Assembly (NCBI GenBank): GCA_965372095.1
Contig: CBDVAW010000001.1
Location: 1-35,898 of the forward strand
Reading direction: 5' to 3'
DNA length: 35,898 nucleotides
Origin: an uncultured bacterium
GTDB taxonomy: Bacteria; Patescibacteriota; Minisyncoccia; Minisyncoccales; CBDVAW01
The notes under the pieces were generated by a model, which saw only the letters and a list, made by a program, of their open reading frames with translations, was not told where the DNA came from and made no database searches. This document shows, piece by piece, positions 8,208 through 15,500 of the stretch. Numbering within the stretch: position 1 is the first letter of the stretch; each line of letters starts with the position of its first letter. Made by a program: the position numbers and the translations under genes.

Positions 8208-8394
8208 ACCGGAAGAAAAATTGCCGTTATCTTTTCAAGAAATTAGCAAAGATATATTAAAAAAATTTACTGCTCCCGGCACAGGAGAGCCAGTCTCGGA
8301 AGAAACCATTAAAAGATTTACCGCTCCCGAAGAAAAAATTCCCGCAGTATCTGAAGATATGTTGAAAAAATTTACCGCTCCCCCAATAAAATAA
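8176..8394 (+). pseudogene. 5'-truncated copy of the RFTAP mini-protein gene (most of the TM helix is missing)
   Basis: Aligns to 5491-5700 at nucleotide level. It lacks the first about 24 codons of the 5422 gene and retains three (K)(K/R)FTAP motifs. An ATG at 8176 could still allow expression. Confidence 0.5.
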
Positions 8395-8424
8395 TTAACA
8401 ACTATTAAATACTATTATAACAAT

Positions 8425-9123
8425 ATGTCCAAAAATCATACAAAATCCATAGCTTTAATAATAGGCGTTTTCACTTTAAGTTTAACCATTGGCTACATGG
8501 TCTTAGCATGGACAGAGCCGACTCTTGCTCCTCCGGACGGCAATGTTTCTGCTCCAATCAATGTTGGGATTGTCGGTCAGTCCAAAGCAGGTGGTTTAAT
8601 TCTTAACACAGGAGGAGCTGAAAGCGGACTGCTTGTCCACGGCATAAGTAGCTTTGACGGCAGTGTTGGCATTGGGGATGCTGACCCGCAGGCCAAGCTT
8701 CATATTGGAGGCACCGCGGGAACGGATGGTATCATATTCCCCGACGGTACGCTACAGACGACCGCTGCGAGTGGAGGCGGGGGTGGTTGGTCTTTCATAT
8801 CCAATACAGGCGGAAGTTTTAATTGTTACGAATGTTCTGCTTCGGGGATTGTCCCCATCCCTGCCGGGACTAAATATATTATTGGAGATGTGGGAGGATA
8901 TACTTCTGAAGGGGGTACATATAGCTATTTAGTCAACGGATCAATTTTTATCGTGGTTGGTTCAAAAAATTCAGCAACGTTTCGTGAGACTTTTGAAACT
9001 TCTGGCTTATATAGGCAGGTGACAGCGACGGTCAACGGAAATAATGTAGATCTTTCAACAAACATTACGGGAGTTGGAGGTTCTACAGGTTACGTGACAT
9101 ATAATTTTTATTTTTACCAATAG
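8425..9123 (+). CDS. anchored fibre-like protein, third 'AWTEPTLAPPDGN' paralog with a different tip
   Basis: 232-aa ORF. TM helix, then AWTEPTLAPPDGNVSAPINVGIVGQSKAGGLILNTGG. Linker KLHIGGTAGTDGIIFPDGTLQTTA (tail-fibre-like motif). The tip ends ...YNFYFYQ, compared with ...AYFYR in the 5716 gene. Confidence 0.75.
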   Translation: MSKNHTKSIALIIGVFTLSLTIGYMVLAWTEPTLAPPDGNVSAPINVGIVGQSKAGGLILNTGGAESGLLVHGISSFDGSVGIGDADPQAKLHIGGTAGTDGIIFPDGTLQTTAASGGGGGWSFISNTGGSFNCYECSASGIVPIPAGTKYIIGDVGGYTSEGGTYSYLVNGSIFIVVGSKNSATFRETFETSGLYRQVTATVNGNNVDLSTNITGVGGSTGYVTYNFYFYQ

Positions 9124-9301
9124 AACATAAAAAGTTACACCTGAACGAATTTTGTTTTTTGCGAGACACAAATAGATAGCGGTTCAACTATAGCAAGAGA
9201 TGGAAATGATGGAGGAAATGATGTTTCGCCGGCAGCCGGCGAAGACAGGCGGATTGTTGCCGAAAATACAAAACTTACTTATTAATACTTTTAAAACATA
9301 A

Positions 9302-9811
9302 ATGAGATACAATAAATTAATTTTTATATTAATAATTATTCTTTTGGTTTTTGTATCGGCTTTTATTGTGTTGGATAAAATCAAGGCGGGAGCAGAACAT
9401 AATGTTTCTCAATGGGCATGGTCGGAAAATATCGGTTGGATATCTATGAATTCAACCGATACCGGCGCATCTGTAAGTTATGGGGTTGAGCTTGATGATG
9501 GCCCCGGCTCTCCCACATATGGCCAGTTTTCCGGATATGCCTGGTCGGAAAATATCGGCTGGATTAGCTTTGATGCTACGGATACGGTCGGCTGTCCCAT
9601 CTTTCCTTGCGAAGCGACAATCAATCCTATTACTATGGAAGTTTCAGGCTGGGCAAGAGTGTTGTCGGTAAAAGACAAGCCCTTAGATCAAACAGGAGGA
9701 TGGAACGGATGGATTCGCTCAAGAGACACTAATTATAAAAAAATATCATTGGAGAATAATACCGAGATGTCTGTAAAGAAAAGCGTAAGAAGTTTGATTT
9801 CTATAATTTGA
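9302..9811 (+). CDS. short, probably truncated GW-repeat paralog
   Basis: 169-aa ORF with an N-terminal anchor. HNVSQWAWSENIGWISMNS...FSGYAWSENIGWISF...VSGWARVLSVKDKPLDQTGGWNGWI matches 14578-14908 closely. Homology ends at about 9752, where an inserted cassette begins. Confidence 0.6.
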   Translation: MRYNKLIFILIIILLVFVSAFIVLDKIKAGAEHNVSQWAWSENIGWISMNSTDTGASVSYGVELDDGPGSPTYGQFSGYAWSENIGWISFDATDTVGCPIFPCEATINPITMEVSGWARVLSVKDKPLDQTGGWNGWIRSRDTNYKKISLENNTEMSVKKSVRSLISII

Positions 9812-9871
9812 CAGAATTGTTTGTTTTATTCCTGTTTGTCTTGTGGTAATATAAATAAAGAAGAATAACCA

Positions 9872-10177
9872 ATGTTGTTAAAATCAAAACAATTTTCTAA
9901 AACTCTTTTTTGGGACATCAATTTGAAGGATTTAGACTATAAGAAAAATGCGAATTTCATTATTGGACGAGTTTTATCTTTTGGCGATGAAAAAGATTAC
10001 CAATTCTTGAAAGAAATTTATGGTTTGAGAAAAATAAAAGATGTGGCTGTGAAATTAGATTATCCCAATAAAAGAACGATAAATTTCTGGAGTTTAATAT
10101 TTAATATTCCTTTTAACTCATTTTTATGTATCAAGAAATTATCAACGCTAAAACCAAACGCATTTTGGAAGCGTTAA
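9872..10177 (+). CDS. small partner protein of the AbiEii-like nucleotidyltransferase, second copy
   Basis: 101-aa ORF (TLFWDINLKDLDYKKNANFIIGRVLSFGDEKDYQFLKEIYG) overlapping the downstream NTase gene by 52 nt. Confidence 0.55.
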   Translation: MLLKSKQFSKTLFWDINLKDLDYKKNANFIIGRVLSFGDEKDYQFLKEIYGLRKIKDVAVKLDYPNKRTINFWSLIFNIPFNSFLCIKKLSTLKPNAFWKR

Positions 10178-10755
10178 ACAGAGGCAAAAAGTTAAAAAGC
10201 TTTTATTTAGCGGGCGGGACTGCTTTGGCCTTACAACTCGGGCATCGGAGATCAATTGATTTGGATTGGTTTTCAGAAAGAAATTTTTCTCCTTCCCAGC
10301 TTAAAAAAGACCTGTCTTTGAAGAGTAAGATTAAAATAGAATCAGAAGACGAAAAAACATTAAATTGTTTTTTAAGCGATGTTAAGCTTGGTTTCTTTGT
10401 TTACCCTTATAGATTATTATTTCCTCTTATCAATTTTAACAACATTAGATTAGCTGACGAGCGGGATATTGCTTGTATGAAAATTGACGCCATTTCCAGC
10501 AGGGGCAGTAAAAAGGACTTTATTGATTTATATTTTTTGCTTCAAAAATACTCTCTTAAAAAATTACTAAATTTATTTGACAAAAAATATGCGGGGCTCC
10601 AGTATAATCGCTTTCACATATTAAAGAGCTTAGTTTATTTTAAAGAAGCCGAAACTGAACCAATGCCTGAAATGTTAAAAACAATTTCTTGGCTAAAAGT
10701 AAAAGAGACACTCAAAGAGAAAGTTAAAAATATGGTTGATAATTTACGAGATTAG
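10126..10755 (+). CDS. nucleotidyltransferase, AbiEii/AbiGii toxin-like family, second copy
   Basis: YLAGGTALALQLGHRRSIDLDWF NTase motif, and later ACMKIDAISSRGSKKDFIDLYFLL. 209 aa. Confidence 0.7.
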   Translation: MYQEIINAKTKRILEALNRGKKLKSFYLAGGTALALQLGHRRSIDLDWFSERNFSPSQLKKDLSLKSKIKIESEDEKTLNCFLSDVKLGFFVYPYRLLFPLINFNNIRLADERDIACMKIDAISSRGSKKDFIDLYFLLQKYSLKKLLNLFDKKYAGLQYNRFHILKSLVYFKEAETEPMPEMLKTISWLKVKETLKEKVKNMVDNLRD

Positions 10756-10827
10756 ACCTTAGTAGGTGAGAGGTCTGACCTCTATAATCATTCTACGCTA
10801 AATTTTTGTTTCCAAAAATTTATATGA

Positions 10828-11118
10828 CCCAAGAAGAAAATAATTACGCTGGAATATAAAAAAGACAATGTAATACACGCCAAAGGTAATATTGACGCAG
10901 AGTTAATTTTACATGCAATGATTTAATATCCGAATTATAATAAAGCGGTTATTGTTTCCGGTGACGGTGACTTTCATTGCTTAATTGAATACTTAGAGCA
11001 AAAAAGGAAACTCTTGTATATTTTTATCCCAAATCCTAAAAAATATTCAGCGCTGTTGCGAAAATTTCGTAAGTATTTTATTTATATCAATGGTTTAAAG
11101 AAAAAATTGAGCAAATAA
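10828..11118 (+). pseudogene. NYN/LabA-like domain gene remnant (5'-truncated, with an in-frame TAA at 10924-10926)
   Basis: My own translation reads ...ITLEYKKDNVIHAKGNIDAELILHAMI*YPNYNKAVIVSGDGDFHCLIEYLEQKRKLLYIFIPNPKKYSALLRKF... The KG.D..L..... and SGD.DF motifs are typical of NYN domains. Confidence 0.6.
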
Positions 11119-11220
11119 AAAAAGGGGCGTCGCTTTAAGGACAAAACCTTGAAGACTTTTTCCCTTCGTGATATATTTAGCATAGCAAAACGTAAAACCT
11201 TGTCAAGGATTTTATAGCAA

Positions 11221-11305
11221 CGGCTGGGATGGATGGATTCGTTTAAGAGACACTAATTACAAGATTACCATTGAAGCGTGGATTAAATACCCTTCTTTAG
11301 AATAA
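11221..11305 (+). pseudogene. orphan 3' fragment of a GW-repeat gene
   Basis: Translates to NGWDGWIRLRDTNYKITIEAWIKYPSLE*. Its first 45 nt repeat 9708-9752 with about 6 mismatches. Confidence 0.5.
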
Positions 11306-11385
11306 TTAATTTAATCTAAAGTTTTAGAGCTTAAATCGTCGTCCTTTAGAAAGGCGAATTGGAATCTAAAGCTTTAACAAGAAAA

Positions 11386-12288
11386 ATGGTTAAGATAATA
11401 ATATCTGCAATAAAGAACAAATTAGGGAAAAAATCAAAAATATTCCTGATTTTTGCTATAGGTTTTTTGATTTTGGGCGCGGGGCTGTATTTTGTTTACG
11501 CGGCTACGACGACCGAAAATTTTGATGATTATGATAAAATGGGTTCTATGGATTATACAGTTATTACGGGGGGAAAACTGAAGCTTGGAGGTCCGACTTA
11601 TACGGGAATTACAGAAGCCACTTGCAACGCTCTTTCCGGCTGGCACTGGTACACCACTAATAGCAGGTCAGCCTGCTGGTCAAAGACCTTGGCTGATTCA
11701 GTTTCCTGGAACAAAGGAGTAGGAGATGATACTGACAATCCGGGAGAATATACCTGCGCCTCTACTGTTACCAGTTTGACAGAGAGAATGGAAGCGGCCG
11801 CGGCCGGAGAGTGGTATAAGATAGTAAGCAGTGTTAACGATGTTTCCATAACCAGCGCTCATAATGGTTCTGCCGGCTATTCTAGAATTTCGGCTTTAGC
11901 CGTTAGTGACTGTTTAGACAGAGTCAGGGACCTATGCACCGGAGACGGCTGTTTAGGCGCGGATGTAGCTGCGGTGAATACTTCTCTGGCGGACTGGGCA
12001 CTCGCTACCGGAGACAAATCAGCTCTGTCTTATTACGGTGCCCAAAATGATTACGCAACCGCCTGTGGACAAAATTCAGGCAATGATTTGCCCTTAGGTT
12101 GCGCTGACAGGTTTTATAAAAACAAAAAGGTTTGCGCGGACGGGGATAGTAATTATAACTGGGCGTCTGCCGCCTACAGTACCACTGACGCTCGCAGGCT
12201 CGGCAGTAGTAGTTGTTCCAACACCCGCTACTACGGCACGAGCGGCCCCTTCAATAATTTAGGTTTTCGGCTGGTCGTTCGCCCCTAA
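11386..12288 (+). CDS. anchored Cys-rich protein with a C-type-lectin/FGE-like C-terminal signature (...NNLGFRLVVRP)
   Basis: The ORF track starts at TTG 11359. I prefer ATG 11386 (MVKIIISAIKNKLGKKSKIFLIFAIGFLILGAGLYFVYA, a TM helix). The terminal GFR(L/C/V)V motif is typical of FGE-sulfatase/CLec-fold domains. This is a weak family call. Confidence 0.6.
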   Translation: MVKIIISAIKNKLGKKSKIFLIFAIGFLILGAGLYFVYAATTTENFDDYDKMGSMDYTVITGGKLKLGGPTYTGITEATCNALSGWHWYTTNSRSACWSKTLADSVSWNKGVGDDTDNPGEYTCASTVTSLTERMEAAAAGEWYKIVSSVNDVSITSAHNGSAGYSRISALAVSDCLDRVRDLCTGDGCLGADVAAVNTSLADWALATGDKSALSYYGAQNDYATACGQNSGNDLPLGCADRFYKNKKVCADGDSNYNWASAAYSTTDARRLGSSSCSNTRYYGTSGPFNNLGFRLVVRP

Positions 12289-12301
12289 CTTGAAGCACTA
12301 A

Positions 12302-12346
12302 TTCCACTGATTTGAGGTCTGATGCCGTTGATAAAAATCTGTGGAA
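12302..12346 (+). terminator. imperfect 12-bp inverted repeat (hairpin) 13 nt after the stop codon
   Basis: ttccactgattt ... aaatctgtggaa with one mismatch and a 21-nt loop. Only a weak T-run follows, so terminator function is uncertain. Confidence 0.3.
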
Positions 12347-12401
12347 TCATTTTAAAATCTGTGTATTTATAAGAAATTACTTATAAATTGAGAGGGATAG
12401 C

Positions 12402-12527
12402 GACGTGGCAATCCATTCTTTCCGTCATTGCGAGCGAAGCGAAACAATCCCTCTACCCGTCATTGCGAGGAGCGAAGCGACGCGGCAATCTATTGGCTCT
12501 GGATTGCGTCGCTTCGCTCGCAATGAC
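12402..12527. repeat. GC-rich palindromic repeat element (three units; units 2 and 3 are inverted and can form a long hairpin)
   Basis: Units are cgtcattgcgagcgaagcgaaacaatcc (12424-), cgtcattgcgaggagcgaagcgacgcggcaatc (12458-) and the inverted ggattgcgtcgcttcgctcgcaatgac (12500-). Translation gives the spurious 'HCERSE...VIARSEATRQS...RFARNDK' peptides I associate with dispersed intergenic repeats in many bacteria. Confidence 0.7.
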
Positions 12528-12557
12528 AAAGAGAGAAGGTATTTCATAATTCAAGGC

Positions 12558-15500
12558 ATGAATATGAATAATAAAAAAATAAAGTTATCTTTTTTTACCG
12601 CTATTGTAATCTTAGCTTGTTTTGGTTTTGCCGATAAGGCACTGGCAGTTCTTCCCACTGTTGTTACTAATGACGCGGACGAGATTACTTCCTGGTCGGC
12701 TCGTATGAACGGAGAAATTACTTATACCGGCGGAGATGATAACGACGAAAGAGGATTTGAATGGGGGACGGCTTCAGGAGTTTACACCAGCTGGTGGACG
12801 GAAACAGGCGTTTTTACCGAAGGAACGTTTAGCCGTTATAGCGGGGGCTTGTCTCCCGGCCAGACCTATTATTACAGAGCCAAATCCTATAACTCATTCG
12901 GCTGGGCTTATGGAGAGGAAAAAAGCTGGACCGCTACTTCTTATACCTATCTTTCTTATGATTATGCCTACTACGCTTCGGGAACGGCAGTTTCGCAGAA
13001 TATCTTGTCAGGATTGTTAGTGGCGGGCATTACCTCTTTTGATTACACAGCCACTGTGCCTACGGGCACCACCTTAAAAGTCCAGTTTTCTCAGAACGGC
13101 TCTAATTGGTATAATTCTGCCGCCACTGCCGGCGCTTGGGACACCTGCTCTGACGGTGTTCACAATATCAGCTTGACCGCTCTTGACTGGAACGGCCCTA
13201 CTTTCTATTACAAGCTGGAGCTTATTGCTGATGCCGCTCAAAACGCCACTCCGGAAGTGGACAGCGTTGGCGTGAATTACGTTGTGCCCGCCTCTCCCAC
13301 TGTTGTTACCAATGACGCGGGTGTAATTACTTCCTGGTCAGCTCAAATGAACGGAGAGATTACCAATACCGGCGGAGCCGATAACGATGAAAGAGGATTT
13401 GAATGGGGCACAACTTTGGGCGGACCTTACACCAGCTGGTGGACGGAAACAGGAGCTTTTGGCGCGGGAACGTTCAGCCGTTATAGCGGGGGTTTGTCTC
13501 CGGGCCAAACCTATTATTACAGAGCCAAATCACATAACGCGGTTGGCTGGAGCTATGGCGTAGAGAAAAGCTTTACCGCTACTTCTTATACTTATCCTAC
13601 TTATGACTATACTTACTACGCTTCGGGAACGGCAGTTTCGCAGAATATCTTGGAAGGACTGGCAGTGGCAAACATCACTTCCTTTGACTATACCGCCACT
13701 GTGCCTACGGGCACCACCTTAAAAGTCCAGTTTTCCCAGAACGGTTCTAATTGGTATAATTCTGCCGCCACTGCCGGCGGCTGGAATACCTGCTCTAACG
13801 GGATTCATAATATCAGTTTAGCCGCTCTTGACTGGAACGACCCTACTTTCTATTACAAGCTGGAGCTTATTGCTGATGCCGCTCAAAACGCCACTCCGGA
13901 AGTGGACAGCGTTGGCGTGAATTACGTTGTGCCCGCCTCTCCCACTGTTGTTACCAATGACGCGGGTGTAATTACTTCCTGGTCAGCTCAAATGAACGGA
14001 GAGATTACCAATACCGGCGGAGCCGATAACGATGAAAGAGGATTTGAATGGGGCACAACTTTGGGCGGACCTTACACCAGCTGGTGGACGGAAACAGGAG
14101 CTTTTGGCATAGAAGCGTTCAGCCGTTCTATTGGAGGCTTATCTCCATGCCAAACCTATTATTACAGAGCCAAATCACTTAATTCCTATGGCTGGGGCTA
14201 TGGCGCCGAAAAAAGCTTTACCGCTCCTCCTTATACTTATCCTTCATACGATTACGCCTACTACGCTTCGGGAACGGCAGTTTCGCAGAATATCTTGTCA
14301 GGAATAGCCGTGGAACAGATACTTTCTTTTGACTACACAGCTACTGTTCCGGCAGATACTACCTTAAAAGTTCAGTTTTCCCAGGACGGAACTAATTGGT
14401 ATAACTCTGCCGCCACTGCCGGCGCTTGGGACACCTGCTCTGACGGTGTTCATAATATCAGTTTAGACACCCTTAACTGGAACGGTCCCACTTTTTATTA
14501 CAAGCTGGAGCTTACCGCCGATGCCGCTCAAAACGCCACTCCGGAAGTGGACAGCGTAGGCGTGAATTACGCTCTCATTCCACATAATACTTCCGGCTGG
14601 GCATGGTCGGAAAATATCGGCTGGATATCTATGAATTCAATCAATACTGCCAGTGCTGTAAGCTACGGAGTTGAGCTTGATGATAACCCCGATTCTCCCA
14701 CATATGGCGAGTTCTCCGGATATGCATGGTCGGAGAATATCGGCTGGATCAGTTTTAATGCCGCAGATACGGCAGGCTGTCCTATTCCTCCCTGCAAAGC
14801 GGTATTGAGTACCAGCACTTTAGAAGTTTCAGGCTGGGCAAGAGTGTTGTCGGTAAAAGACAAGCCTTTAGATCAAACAGGAGGATGGAACGGATGGATA
14901 AAATTAAGCGGAAGCTATGGGGCAGATAATTATGGGATAACACTTGATAAATTCACCCAAGAGTTTGAAGGCTGGGCATGGGGAGGAAGTTATGATGTTG
15001 CCGATCCGGCAGTTATAGGCTGGATTAGCTGGAATGACAAAGATTACGATGGATTTCCGGGACCGATTGATTATCAGGTTGTTACTACCGCTTCTTTTAC
15101 CGCTGCCAATCAGCCGCCGACGGCAATAATTTCTTGTACATCAACTTGCGGCTGTGACACCTTAGGCTGCGGCGTTCCTCCCGATATATGCACAGGTTAT
15201 ACCGGTTGCGCTTTTGTTTTGAATAATGATTCTACCGATCCTAACGGCGAAGCGGATATTGCCACTTCCACTTGGTATTTAAACGGAGAAAAAAAATACA
15301 GCTACCCCGGCAAATGCAATATTACTCCGGGCAACTATGTGGGTGCGGGTAACCATACATCGGAACTGAAGGTGGCGGACTATGCAGGAGAAACATCAAA
15401 TACCACTAAATCATTTACCTTATTGGAAGGCATAGAGGCGGGTTTCGTCTGTTCTTTAAACAATGTTGACTGGGTAGCTTGCAGTACCACACAACCACTG

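Noticed and set aside
5716-9123. Whether the 'AWTEPT' proteins are type IV pilins or pseudopilins.
   Set aside because: The N-termini lack the class III signal (G|FTLIE-type cleavage site with Glu+5). The helix is followed by AWTEPT..PP instead. No pilus assembly genes (pilB/C/M-Q) are in the window.
9184-9384. Minus-strand 66-aa ORF that overlaps the start of the 9302 gene.
   Set aside because: It overlaps a well-supported plus-strand start and anchor region, and its sequence is low-complexity.
10924-10926. Stop-codon reassignment (for example code 4 or 25) as an explanation for the in-frame stop in the NYN remnant.
   Set aside because: The stop is TAA, not TGA. TGA clearly terminates pcm, the PHP gene and rsmH in ATGA overlaps, so the standard code 11 fits the whole window.
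11386-12400. Calling a complete diversity-generating retroelement here.
   Set aside because: Only a VR-like target end is visible. I found no template repeat and no reverse-transcriptase ORF anywhere in the 35.9 kb, so I report it only as a hypothesis to test genome-wide.
12405-12557. The ORF track extends the giant protein's N-terminus upstream (MAIHSFRHCERSETIPLPVIARSEATRQSIGSGLRRFARNDKERRY...).
   Set aside because: This stretch is the translation of the GC-rich palindromic repeat element. A proper signal/anchor peptide begins at ATG 12558, so I treat the upstream part as non-coding.
12651-14580. Whether any of the tandem repeats (also 17936-18097) could be a CRISPR array.
   Set aside because: The repeats are contiguous with no unique spacers, are in frame and encode protein modules. 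No cas genes are present.
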